Source of the DNA: Candidatus Rifleibacteriota bacterium
GTDB lineage: Bacteria; Muiribacteriota; Ozemobacteria; Ozemobacterales; Ozemobacteraceae
Direction: 5' to 3'
Length of the DNA stretch: 64,000 bases
NCBI GenBank assembly: GCA_051747585.1
Contig: JBNJGH010000002.1
Location: 13,291-77,290 of the forward strand
Part shown: positions 17,264 to 27,222 of the stretch, piece by piece
Numbering within the stretch: position 1 is the first letter of the stretch
Layout of the letters: every line of letters begins with the position of its first letter
The notes under the pieces: model-generated
The model's input: only the letters and a program-made list of their open reading frames with translations
Database searches by the model: none
Told to the model about the DNA's origin: nothing
Program-made: the position numbers and the translations under genes

Positions 17264-18838
17264 TTATCTAAGCCAAATAGAATCTGGATAAATCGAATGG
17301 ATTTTATTCCAGACTTTCTGAGCTTCTGAATAAGCCAGATGCTGATTATAAAGATCAGACAAGACGGCCAACCCATGTTCTGCCTTGTACATTTCAGGTT
17401 TACCGGTAAGTGACATCATAATCAAATCGGTTGCCAGATCAGGAAACCTTTTAGCAGCGACGAGACCTGCAAGGAATCTTCTTTCTCCCTCTTGAATCGG
17501 AAGATAAAGGGGCATAATACAATCTTCGACCAATTTTACCAATTGCGGGGTCAAAGACGATTTAATTCTTGAATAAATATTCCAAGCCTTGTCTTTGCGA
17601 TCAACTGCGGCATAATATAACATATCTGCCGGCAGATCAGCCCATGCCCTGAAATTTTCTACAGGCAAATCAGAATTTTTACCCAATGCCATATTTGAAA
17701 CAGCAAGCATAAGCATTATCTGATCGGAATCAATTACAGGAAGTGCATGGTTATCATAAGGTAAAAGCCCGGAATCAAAATAAATATGGCTTAAATAGGT
17801 ATTTGTTTCAGGTTTAAGAATATCCTGGATTTCAAGCCCGCATACAAACTCTTCGAATTCGGCTTTTTTTTCAAAACCATTCAAGGCTTTCATTTTTGCC
17901 AGCATCAGTCCAGCTTGCTGACGGTCTTTCATTTCATAAAGATAAATGTTACGCAACTTCTGCAACACTTCATAGGTTTTATCTGCTGATGCCTGAGGAA
18001 ACTCGGTTAGAAATTCCCTGAGTTTTTTCTCTCTTAATTGCGGAGAAGCACTATGCTTAACAACTCTCTCCAAGCCGCACCAATCAAGAACAACCGGATT
18101 ATAGGCATTTTTACGAGTGTCTTTGATTTTTAAAGATTTCAAAGCCGCATCAGGTGCAGACTTGGCGAAATAATTTTCAAAAAGAACTGCATCTATTTTA
18201 TCTGCGGCTTCTTTACCGGTTATAAGATTGCTTTCTACCTGAGTCAACAACTTCTCTACCCGGGCGTTACCTTTATGAAATCGGCGCAAATCTCTAATCA
18301 ACTTTGACGAAGGACTCTTTAATCTTTGCGATTCAAGAAATCTTTCAGCAGAGCGATGGCGATTTGCAACTATGTATCCGTTAAACAGTGTTGTCTGTTT
18401 TTTATAACTCAGCCTTTTTTTGCTCAATAAGCTTTGTGCCTTATCAATTGCTCTGAAAGCACCTTTTTTATCGCCTTCTGTGAAGGCGGCGATTGCTTTG
18501 TATATATAAATGTCAGAAACATATCTTCCCTTTGGAAAGATTTTTAAAGATGTGTCGGCAGCAAGCATGGATTCTTGATGAAGCTCAGGACTGTAACAAG
18601 ACACTGCATAAAAGAAAGCTTTTTCTCTTACCGAATCAAGATATTCGGGTCTTGTCCAGGCGATTGCACCTGCAAATGCCTCTTTTAAAAGCCTTTGCGC
18701 CTGTTTCTGGTTCCTTGTCCAGAGTTTTGAGGCTCTCGTAATTTTTTTATTTACCTTAAAAAGTGAAGGCTGGGCATAAATCTGCCCGCTTAAAACAGAA
18801 AACAAAATAGTTAAAATCAAGAACCTCAAATATTTCAT
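17264..18838 (-). CDS. Secreted alpha-helical (TPR-like) hypothetical protein
   Basis: Start placed at MKYLRF after a GGAGG RBS, giving a signal peptide; FPKGRY and YPDSIW TPR-like caps. Confidence 0.6.
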   Translation of the reverse strand: MKYLRFLILTILFSVLSGQIYAQPSLFKVNKKITRASKLWTRNQKQAQRLLKEAFAGAIAWTRPEYLDSVREKAFFYAVSCYSPELHQESMLAADTSLKIFPKGRYVSDIYIYKAIAAFTEGDKKGAFRAIDKAQSLLSKKRLSYKKQTTLFNGYIVANRHRSAERFLESQRLKSPSSKLIRDLRRFHKGNARVEKLLTQVESNLITGKEAADKIDAVLFENYFAKSAPDAALKSLKIKDTRKNAYNPVVLDWCGLERVVKHSASPQLREKKLREFLTEFPQASADKTYEVLQKLRNIYLYEMKDRQQAGLMLAKMKALNGFEKKAEFEEFVCGLEIQDILKPETNTYLSHIYFDSGLLPYDNHALPVIDSDQIMLMLAVSNMALGKNSDLPVENFRAWADLPADMLYYAAVDRKDKAWNIYSRIKSSLTPQLVKLVEDCIMPLYLPIQEGERRFLAGLVAAKRFPDLATDLIMMSLTGKPEMYKAEHGLAVLSDLYNQHLAYSEAQKVWNKIHSIYPDSIWLR

Positions 18839-18863
18839 ATAATCTCCTCCGGGATCAACCTTT

Positions 18864-19670
18864 TCAGGCTTTTGTTTTATCTTCAGACTTATCAGGCCTA
18901 CGATTATTTTTTGCGGGCCTGCGTCGCCTTTTTCTTCCAGTGCCGGCTGAAGATTTCTTATCTGTTTTTTTTCTCTTCTCGCCTTTTTTTGTTGATTTTT
19001 CAGATCCGGCATTTTTACCTTCAGATTTTTTACGAGAACGATTTTTATCAGCTTTTCGAGCAGGTTTTTCTGCGACTTTAAACTGATATCCGGCAAGAAT
19101 TTTCTCTATTGCATCCAGGAACTCTTCTTTTCCGGTTTGATTTTTTGCCGAGAAAAGCAGGGCATAATTAAGCCCCATTTCTTTAAGAATCGCCTTTCGC
19201 ATTTTTATAGTCTGCTGATTACTCAGTTTATCAATCTTAGTTATTACCGATAAATAATTGAATTTCTGCTCACGCAACCAGTTGTACATTTGCCGATCAA
19301 GTTTTCCCGGTTTATGGCGAGCATCAAGGATCTGAATGATTCCTTTCAAATTGGGGCAAATACTAAAGAAATCATTCATCATTGCCTGAATGCGCTGACG
19401 AGTTACTTTAGAAGCTTTGGCATACCCATAACCCGGAAGGTCTACAATATAAAACTCATCATTAAAATTATAGTAATTAATGGTCAATGTTTTTCCTGGC
19501 AGGGAGCTGGTGCGAGCAAGCTCTTTTCGGTTGGCAATAATATTTATCAATGAAGATTTTCCAACATTACTCCGCCCGACAAGTGCTATAACAGGCTTTC
19601 CATCGTCAGGCAGACCTTCGCTCGAAACAGCGCATGCTGTAAATAATGCAGATGTAATTTTTAAAGGCAT
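18864..19670 (-). CDS. engB: Ribosome biogenesis GTP-binding protein YihA/YsxC
   Basis: GRSNVGKSSLIN, PGKT, VDLPGYGYA, TKIDK; downstream of lon. Confidence 0.95.
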   Translation of the reverse strand: MPLKITSALFTACAVSSEGLPDDGKPVIALVGRSNVGKSSLINIIANRKELARTSSLPGKTLTINYYNFNDEFYIVDLPGYGYAKASKVTRQRIQAMMNDFFSICPNLKGIIQILDARHKPGKLDRQMYNWLREQKFNYLSVITKIDKLSNQQTIKMRKAILKEMGLNYALLFSAKNQTGKEEFLDAIEKILAGYQFKVAEKPARKADKNRSRKKSEGKNAGSEKSTKKGEKRKKTDKKSSAGTGRKRRRRPAKNNRRPDKSEDKTKA

Positions 19671-22160
19671 TTATTCCTCCGCCGTCTTTTTGTTCTTTTT
19701 TATGGCTGCAGTTCCCATAGCTCTTTTTGAGAATTTAAGAGCTGTTTTTTTGGGTTTGCCTTTTAAAGCAAGCTTAAGAACTTCATCTGCAAACTTAACC
19801 TTATGAATTTTCAGATTTTTACGTATTTTTTCGGGAATTTCTTCAAGTTCCTTTTCGTTTTCGTCAGAGATAATTATGTCGGTAATTCCCTGTCGGTGTG
19901 CAGCAAGCAGCTTTTCTTTGATGCCGCCTACCGGTAGAACCTTACCTCTAAGAGTTATTTCACCAGTCATGGCAAAAGTACTCTTAACCGGTACTTCATT
20001 CAATGAAGAATAAATTGCAGTGGCAATAGCAATACCGGCCGAAGGACCATCTTTTGGCACTGCTCCTTCAGGGAAGTGAATATGCAGATCAAGGTGATCG
20101 TAATCTATAGGGCGCATTTTGACGAGGTCTGCATGGCTTCTTAAATAAGACAGGCTGGTATGGGCAGATTCTTTCATAACATCTCCGAGAGAGCCTGTAA
20201 GGATTATTTTTCCGCGTCCTGGCATATAAACAACTTCGATGGGCAATGTAGTGCCGCCAACTTCGGTCCATGCAAGACCGTTTACCAGACCGACTTCATC
20301 TTTTTCTTCCCTTTTGTCAACATGAAACTTGGGGATTCCCAAATATTTTTCCACGGATTTAGGAGTAACTTTGATCGATACTTTTTTGCTTTTCTTTGTA
20401 GTTTTCTTTTTGCCTATCACAATGTCGCGAGCAATTTTACGGCAAATTGAAGCAAGTTCTCGTTCAAGATTTCTAACACCGCTTTCACGGGTAAATTTAC
20501 GAATAACCTCAACAATAGCAGATGGCATAATTTTGACATTATGCTTATTTATTCCATTAGCTTCCTGCTGTTTGGGCACCAGGTATCTTTTTGCAATTTC
20601 TACTTTTTCTTCCTGGGTATAGCCCGGGAGATAAACTATTTCAAGTCTGTCTTTCAAAGGGGCTGGTATAGTGTGAGGCACATTTGCAGTTGTCAGAAAA
20701 AGAACCTTTGAAAGGTCGAAAGGGGTAGCAATATAATGATCGGAAAAATTAAAATTCTGTTCGGGATCAAGAGCTTCAAGAAGCGCCGAGCTTGGGTCTC
20801 CCCTGAAGTCCATTCCCATTTTATCAATTTCATCGAGCAATATCACCGGATTATTTGTCCCGGCATCTCTGATTGCCTGAATAATTCTACCCGGCATAGC
20901 GCCAATATAGGTTCGACGATGACCGCGAATTTCTGCCTCATCCCTCATTCCACCAAGAGAGATGCGGGAAAATTTTCTATTTAGGGAACGGGCAATAGAT
21001 TTTCCAAGGGAAGTTTTACCGACCCCCGGAGGCCCGATTAAGCAAAGAATTGGGCCTTTGATTGATTTTTTCAGTCTGCAAACCGCCAGATATTCGAGAA
21101 TTCTTTGTTTTACGCGCTCAAGCCCGTAATGATCTTCATTAAGTATATCTTCACATTTTTTGAGATCAATTCTATCTTTACTGCGCTTTTTCCATGGCAA
21201 TGAAACCAGCCAGTCGATGTAATTGCGAGAAACGGTAGCTTCAGCCGAGCCCGGGGGCATTTTAGTCAGCTTTTTCAGCTCTTTTTCAGCCTTTTCTTTC
21301 GCTTCTTGAGGCATTTTTGCCTTTAAGATAGCTTCTTTAAGTTCTTCAAGCTCTTCGCTTCTTTCGTCTGCTTCGCCCAGTTCTTTTTGAATAGCCTTCA
21401 TCTGTTCGCGAAGATAATATTCTTTTTGAATCTGCTCCATCTGTTTTCGCACCTGGCCACGTATTTTCTTTTCGACCATCATTATTTCAAGTTCGCGATT
21501 AAGTATGGCAGCAATTTTTTCGAGACGTTGTCTTGGAACAAAGGCTTCAAGAACTTCCTGCTTTTCTTCTACCTTCAAGTTTAAATGGGCGGTAATTATA
21601 TCAGCAAGCCTTCCGGGCTCTTCCACATTGTTGGCAACCATTATGACTTCAAGAGGTATTTTTTTGTTAAGCTTTACATATTGTTCAAAAAGATTGATTA
21701 CATTTCGCATGAGAGCTTGAAGCTCAATTGTCTTTTTGTCTTCTGAAGTAATCTTTTCTGCTACTACTTCAAACATCTCGTCTGTCTGTTTAAATTCATT
21801 AATTTTTACTCTGGTTGTACCCTCCACCAGAATTTTTAAAATGCCGTCGGGCAATTTTAAAAGCTGCAGTATTTCAGCAACAGTACCGGTTTCGTAAAGG
21901 TCTTCAAGTTCAGGATCATCAGTTTTTGCCTGCTTTTGGGAGCACAAAACGATCTTACGATTTTTGAGCATGGCCTCTTCGATTGCTCTTATTGACTTTT
22001 TCCGGCCAACGAACAGTGGAACGACCATGTAAGGAAAAACTACGACATCGCGTAATGGCAGTAGTGGAAATGTTTCAATAGATTTTGCTTCAAAATCAGA
22101 GACCTGGTTGTCATCTGATTTTTTTTTATCAGGAGTTTTGCTTTTATTACTGGTTGCCAT
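19671..22160 (-). CDS. lon: ATP-dependent Lon protease
   Basis: [10 protein letters not shown], Walker [31 protein letters not shown]; start at MATSNK after AAGGAGG. Confidence 0.97.
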   Translation of the reverse strand: MATSNKSKTPDKKKSDDNQVSDFEAKSIETFPLLPLRDVVVFPYMVVPLFVGRKKSIRAIEEAMLKNRKIVLCSQKQAKTDDPELEDLYETGTVAEILQLLKLPDGILKILVEGTTRVKINEFKQTDEMFEVVAEKITSEDKKTIELQALMRNVINLFEQYVKLNKKIPLEVIMVANNVEEPGRLADIITAHLNLKVEEKQEVLEAFVPRQRLEKIAAILNRELEIMMVEKKIRGQVRKQMEQIQKEYYLREQMKAIQKELGEADERSEELEELKEAILKAKMPQEAKEKAEKELKKLTKMPPGSAEATVSRNYIDWLVSLPWKKRSKDRIDLKKCEDILNEDHYGLERVKQRILEYLAVCRLKKSIKGPILCLIGPPGVGKTSLGKSIARSLNRKFSRISLGGMRDEAEIRGHRRTYIGAMPGRIIQAIRDAGTNNPVILLDEIDKMGMDFRGDPSSALLEALDPEQNFNFSDHYIATPFDLSKVLFLTTANVPHTIPAPLKDRLEIVYLPGYTQEEKVEIAKRYLVPKQQEANGINKHNVKIMPSAIVEVIRKFTRESGVRNLERELASICRKIARDIVIGKKKTTKKSKKVSIKVTPKSVEKYLGIPKFHVDKREEKDEVGLVNGLAWTEVGGTTLPIEVVYMPGRGKIILTGSLGDVMKESAHTSLSYLRSHADLVKMRPIDYDHLDLHIHFPEGAVPKDGPSAGIAIATAIYSSLNEVPVKSTFAMTGEITLRGKVLPVGGIKEKLLAAHRQGITDIIISDENEKELEEIPEKIRKNLKIHKVKFADEVLKLALKGKPKKTALKFSKRAMGTAAIKKNKKTAEE

Positions 22161-22233
22161 TATTACATCCTCCTTTAAGGCTGCTTTCAATTTTACTGTA
22201 TTGCTGATAAAAAAAACAGAAAGTTTTCATAAT

Positions 22234-24213
22234 TTAACTTTTCTTTTCCCCTTTTTTTTCACGTTTAACGAGTGGTAATTTTGATAGTTGCTTGTAAAGT
22301 CTCTGCAAAAGACTGATTCTTGATACATGTTCTTTGCTGGTATCGTCAAGCACTGCGGGCAGATTAATCATACAGGCCTCGATATCAACCTTCTCTTTAA
22401 GAAAGAAGTTGAAAATTGCAGGATAATCGACACCTGGCAAAGCTTCAATTTTTTCCAGCTTTTTAGATAACTCTGATTCCAATCCTTCATCTGGTTCGGC
22501 ATGAATTTTTTGATCGATATCTCCCAATTTGGCCTTTAGGCGCTTAACAGTTCCGTTAAATGTTTCAAGTTGTTCATTAGTTACATCTTTCCATTCGGAA
22601 TAAGCCTCAAAGAAAGATGCCGGGTCAAATTCCGACCGATTAGAAAAATTATCGAAGTAATATGGAAAAATTCCTTCACGGTTCTGAAGCCTGAAAGCTT
22701 TTTCGAACCACATCTTTTTATTGACTCTTCTGGTTGGAAACAGTTTGCTTAACACAGAAAATAGATCAATTTTTAATCCGGTGCAGTTAAGAAAGCTTAA
22801 AATACGCTCCGGGGTACAATCAAAGCAATGTATATTGTTGATATAACCCTGCAGAAGGACAGCCAGACTGACAATTTTAGCTTCAGCAAGCTTTGGTGCA
22901 GAAGTTCTTTCTTCAAAATACTGACAAACTTCTTTGAGACATTCTGCATAGGGTCTGAAAGATTCAACCCCTTCAAGTCGGTTGAAAATGACAGAAATTC
23001 CAGTTCCTTCAAGCAACTTACCAATTTCAGTCTTTTCGCCCTCTTCAATCAATGTAATCACTGGAGAAACAGACTTTTTAAGATCGTTCATGTTGACATA
23101 ATCGCATAAACCTTCTGCCACGCCGGTAAGAGAACAATTTCCAAACAAATCAGACTTTATAAAGCCTTCATCAGATAATTGCTCTGCGATTGCCTCTAAT
23201 TTGCCCGGTAAGACATGAATATCCTGATTCCAAATTTTCCAGACTTTTTCGAGTTCCTGATCAAGAAATGCTTTTCTAATCTCAGCTTCGTCATCAGAAC
23301 CAGTTGTTAAAGGTGGGAGGGCTAAAGCGCCGGGTAAAACTTTGCCATAAGCATCTTCGCACAAAAAATACGAAAAATAACCGGCAACTATTTTCTCTAG
23401 AATCACCGCCGGCATTTCGAGGAATTTTTTATCGAAATTAATTAAAAGCGGCTGAACATTTTCATAAAAGGTACAAATAAGACTCACTCTATCACCAGGA
23501 TCGCGCAAGAGATAACCTTCCGGCAAAACAGAACGAATTTTTGCATCCAGAGATTTCTTTTTTTCTTTTATTTCAGAAAACACACCCAATTGCTTCATTA
23601 ATTGGGGATAAGTAGAAGCATGATCAATTTTAAACCCTTTTCGCCTGATCCCATCAAAATACAAAACCTGGTCACAGGCCTCAAGATTTTCAAACTCAAT
23701 ATCGAGAGTCTGATCATCGAGCATAGCGCAGAAATTAACAATGGGCTGGGGAAAAGAACTTTTTTCAGACCAGCTGAGGGTAAAAAATGGAATGGAGCTA
23801 AATATTTTTTCGCAAATACGGGCCAAACATTCTTCGAGGCTTTGACCGCGACGTAGCTTTTTGGCAAAGAGAAATTTTTCTCCATCAATCTCGCGGACAA
23901 TGAGATCTTTAAGCTCGAGCCCCTGAGCCGAAGCAAAACCAGTTGCGGCAGGAGTAGGAAGATTGTTCAAATCATAGGCAGCGGATTCTTTAGGACCACG
24001 AATTTCTTTAACTGTATTCGACTGAGCATCAGAAAGCCCTTCGATAAGAATTCCTACCCTGTTTGAGTTTACCCACACCTGAACCCGGGAAAAGTCAAAG
24101 TTTTGCTGCTCGACAACTCTCCTGACCACAGATTTCAGGTCAGGAAGGGAATGTCCAAAAGCATTCAAGGGCAAAGAGACGAAACCAGCCTCTAGTAAAA
24201 GGGTTCTGGGCAA
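22234..24213 (-). CDS. glyS: Glycine--tRNA ligase beta subunit homologue, strongly diverged
   Basis: LLLEAG..SLP, EIRGP..AAYD...PTPAATGFA, FDKKFLEMP, C-terminal SRISLL; several family motifs are eroded. Confidence 0.6.
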   Translation of the reverse strand: MPRTLLLEAGFVSLPLNAFGHSLPDLKSVVRRVVEQQNFDFSRVQVWVNSNRVGILIEGLSDAQSNTVKEIRGPKESAAYDLNNLPTPAATGFASAQGLELKDLIVREIDGEKFLFAKKLRRGQSLEECLARICEKIFSSIPFFTLSWSEKSSFPQPIVNFCAMLDDQTLDIEFENLEACDQVLYFDGIRRKGFKIDHASTYPQLMKQLGVFSEIKEKKKSLDAKIRSVLPEGYLLRDPGDRVSLICTFYENVQPLLINFDKKFLEMPAVILEKIVAGYFSYFLCEDAYGKVLPGALALPPLTTGSDDEAEIRKAFLDQELEKVWKIWNQDIHVLPGKLEAIAEQLSDEGFIKSDLFGNCSLTGVAEGLCDYVNMNDLKKSVSPVITLIEEGEKTEIGKLLEGTGISVIFNRLEGVESFRPYAECLKEVCQYFEERTSAPKLAEAKIVSLAVLLQGYINNIHCFDCTPERILSFLNCTGLKIDLFSVLSKLFPTRRVNKKMWFEKAFRLQNREGIFPYYFDNFSNRSEFDPASFFEAYSEWKDVTNEQLETFNGTVKRLKAKLGDIDQKIHAEPDEGLESELSKKLEKIEALPGVDYPAIFNFFLKEKVDIEACMINLPAVLDDTSKEHVSRISLLQRLYKQLSKLPLVKREKKGEKKS

Positions 24214-24301
24214 AAAATATCTCCTGATTGTAACGTTACGCGGACGAATTATAGACTGTTATTGAATTAATTTCAAGTCAAGGACGCTTCCCTAAAATAA
24301 T

Positions 24302-26311
24302 TTATTTAACCAGGGTTCTGACCTGAAGCGGGATTATTTGCCCCGGCTTAACTTGGATGTTTTCTGCAAAGCTTTTATCGACCTGGTTTCTTTGGCTTAA
24401 GCCGTATTTAAGTTTGAATACTTCAATAAAACCATTAAGATTAAAAAGATTAACACCTTCAGGCTGAGTGTTATTCGGTTGAGAGGAATCGGATTCGACA
24501 AGTTGAAAACCAATGTTAAGAGTATAGCTCCCGGGTTCAAGATCATAAGGTATGATCAGGCTTCTTTTTATCATTAGTTCAATTTTATTTTTTGCTTTTA
24601 GAAGAGGCTGTGCAGTAAAGTCAGCCGGAGAATGACAATCCTGTCCTACCAGTAGATTATGACGGTAAATTTTATTTCCATCGCGGTCGGATAAAAAAGC
24701 CCATATTGTTAGATTTTTAAAATCTTGAACTTTGCCCGAAAAAGCGTAACTGTAAGCTAAGGGCTCACCCGGGTTAACCTCGGAATCTATTAACGAAAGC
24801 TTGGGAAGTAAAAGTCGGCTGTTTTTGATCTCAATTTTCTTATGCACTTTACTCTCTTTTAAAAGTTTTTGAGGAAAAGTTGCTCTGGCAATACGATAAC
24901 TATACCCATCAGCAGGCAATGAAAAAGAAGCAACAAGTTTAGCTGCTGCCTCCTCAGGGTAAATTAAAGTGGAAAAAACACCGCTTACCGCTTTTCTTTG
25001 CAAAAGAGAATCAATCTGGCGAAGCTCTTTATTTTCAATGGCATCTACTAATTGCACCCCAACATCAGGTCTGAAATTTTGCGTCAGCCTCAGGTAATAA
25101 TATGGACGGAACTCGACATCATTACTCATTAAAACCACTGCTTTTGAGGGTATAGAAGAAAACATTCTCTTACAGTATTCAACAGGTTCGCTGTCAGGTG
25201 GTTTACGCTCATGCAAGTTATTGACAAATGCCAGCAAAATTACCAGCAGGCAGCTGAATATATAGAGCTTCGAATTTTTTATCGAATTCAGAGTAAATGC
25301 TGCCAGGCCACAAAGGGCCATAATTGATGGCAGCAACATGGAATGCGCCTCAAAAGCGTTATAGTTTAAAACAAAAATAAGGTTAAGCATTCCGATAAAT
25401 ACAAAGGCTTTTTTTAAAGGTTCGTAACCCGATTTGATAAATAATGCAATCATTGCAAGCGGCAAGATAAAAGGACCGGAGTCAAATACAATAAAGCGGA
25501 AAAAATATAGAAATCTATTTAAAACCTCAGCAAATGAAAACGTAAAAAGCCCGCCCTGATAAACAGTTCCGGTAAACACACGCAAAAAGCCGAATAAACC
25601 TTTACCAATCATTGGATCGAGTAAAACTCGCGAATTACTCTGGAGGCGAAAAAATAAGTCGAGGCTGGGTATCAAGCCTGCAAACAAACCAAAAGAAAAC
25701 CACTTGATACTCAGCTTCTTTAAAGGCTGGGTTCGAACACTGATAAAAAATAATAAAGCAGGAATGTATAAAGCAAAGGTTGGTCGGTGTCCGACACCAA
25801 TAGCTCCGGCTAATCCGGCAAAAAAAGCGGTTTTATTTGAATTTGAATTCTCGGCTAAAAGAATGCCTGCCAAAAGCCCCAGAATGATAAAAAATACTTC
25901 GAGGCAGTAAACTTCAATACTAACAGCCTGATCGTAAAAGGTGCGGCTGGCCATCAGGGTAGATAGGGCAGCTATTGCAGCTAAACTTCGAATTTTTACT
26001 CTTGCTGTTAGAAAAGCAAAAGCCAACAGGGCTGTAATCGCAGTAAAAGCAGATAACAGATTCATTTTCCAGGCCGGCCCCTGATCAATCGGAAGATTAA
26101 CAAACCAGTTTCCCAATCTTGTTAGAAGCGGGTAACCCGGTGCGTGGGGAACATCCAGGGTCAGGGCGGCAACTACAAATTCTCCGGAATTATACCAGCC
26201 AATATTATTGGTGATATCTGGCAAATAGAGAACTGAAGTTGCTAAAAGAGTAAAAATCCAAACCCATTTATTTTTAATAAAAAAGCTCTTGTCTTCTTTA
26301 TTTAATTTCAT
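24302..26311 (-). CDS. DUF2723 / TMEM260-like GT-C membrane glycosyltransferase
   Basis: SGEF...LDVPHAPGYPL, QAVSIEVY, many TM helices, periplasmic C-terminal domain. Confidence 0.82.
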   Translation of the reverse strand: MKLNKEDKSFFIKNKWVWIFTLLATSVLYLPDITNNIGWYNSGEFVVAALTLDVPHAPGYPLLTRLGNWFVNLPIDQGPAWKMNLLSAFTAITALLAFAFLTARVKIRSLAAIAALSTLMASRTFYDQAVSIEVYCLEVFFIILGLLAGILLAENSNSNKTAFFAGLAGAIGVGHRPTFALYIPALLFFISVRTQPLKKLSIKWFSFGLFAGLIPSLDLFFRLQSNSRVLLDPMIGKGLFGFLRVFTGTVYQGGLFTFSFAEVLNRFLYFFRFIVFDSGPFILPLAMIALFIKSGYEPLKKAFVFIGMLNLIFVLNYNAFEAHSMLLPSIMALCGLAAFTLNSIKNSKLYIFSCLLVILLAFVNNLHERKPPDSEPVEYCKRMFSSIPSKAVVLMSNDVEFRPYYYLRLTQNFRPDVGVQLVDAIENKELRQIDSLLQRKAVSGVFSTLIYPEEAAAKLVASFSLPADGYSYRIARATFPQKLLKESKVHKKIEIKNSRLLLPKLSLIDSEVNPGEPLAYSYAFSGKVQDFKNLTIWAFLSDRDGNKIYRHNLLVGQDCHSPADFTAQPLLKAKNKIELMIKRSLIIPYDLEPGSYTLNIGFQLVESDSSQPNNTQPEGVNLFNLNGFIEVFKLKYGLSQRNQVDKSFAENIQVKPGQIIPLQVRTLVK

Positions 26312-27216
26312 GCTCCACTCTCAATTTGAGCAAATATTTCGGAAAAAGATTTCCCATCATCGGGGAATACAACAGTCTTAAACTCGAGGTCAGAATATAA
26401 ATTTCTGCCCTCTTCAAAATCAAGTAATACCTGATTGAGATTATCGGTAATACGGGCCTGAAATCTCAAAGCCCCTTTTCTGCCTGTTTCGGGTATCATA
26501 ATAAGCATCGACTCCTGATTAAACCTGCAGATCATGTCAGTTTCACGAATAAATCGCTCAAGAACCACGCCCATTTTTTTTACAAGTTCAGTTTCAAGCT
26601 TATTAAAGTCTTTTTCGTCATTTTTTGGAGTATCGAGCTTAAAATGCACCTGCTTTAAGTTAATGAGCAGAAAAGAAACAGAATTTTTTTCCTTTAAAGA
26701 TCTGCTTAAAAGATTTTTCATGCAGTCAAGAAAGTATTCTCGCGAATATAGTTTACTTGAACTATCTACAACGTTTCTTTCAATTATGTGTAATTTCTTG
26801 TTAGTTGCTCGAATACGATTGTTAAGCTCTTTCATTATTCCAAGTGCAACCATGGGAAACTCGCTGATAAGATCGCAGAATTCTCCCTTACGTAAGACCA
26901 ACAAAAGGCTGTTCTTTTCTGCCATTGCTGAAGCCGCACGGGGCTTATCATCATAAAGCCCCATTTCGCCGAAGAAAGTTCCTCTCGAAAAGCTTGCCAA
27001 AGGCTTGATTGCAGGAGGTCGGCCGGTAAAAACAGAAATCTGCCCCTCAACTACCAGATACATACAGTCGCCAAAATCACCTTCAGAGAAAAGTATTTCA
27101 CCAGCAGAAAAATTTTCTTCGGAAATAACCTCAGCTACTTTTCTAAGCTCATAACTGGTTAAGCTGCTGAAAATAGAAATTTTCTTTAAAAACAATATTC
27201 TTTCAATAATTATCAT
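26308..27216 (-). CDS. Cyclic nucleotide-binding protein with a degenerate GGDEF domain
   Basis: GDCMYLVVEG, FFGEMGLYDDKPRAASA; then DSSSKLYSREYF and RETDMICRFNQES. Confidence 0.85.
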   Translation of the reverse strand: MIIIERILFLKKISIFSSLTSYELRKVAEVISEENFSAGEILFSEGDFGDCMYLVVEGQISVFTGRPPAIKPLASFSRGTFFGEMGLYDDKPRAASAMAEKNSLLLVLRKGEFCDLISEFPMVALGIMKELNNRIRATNKKLHIIERNVVDSSSKLYSREYFLDCMKNLLSRSLKEKNSVSFLLINLKQVHFKLDTPKNDEKDFNKLETELVKKMGVVLERFIRETDMICRFNQESMLIMIPETGRKGALRFQARITDNLNQVLLDFEEGRNLYSDLEFKTVVFPDDGKSFSEIFAQIESGA

Positions 27217-27222
27217 ATATAT

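Noticed and set aside
17264..19096. 610-aa version of the ORF
   Set aside because: The extension overlaps engB; the RBS and signal peptide support a start at 18838.
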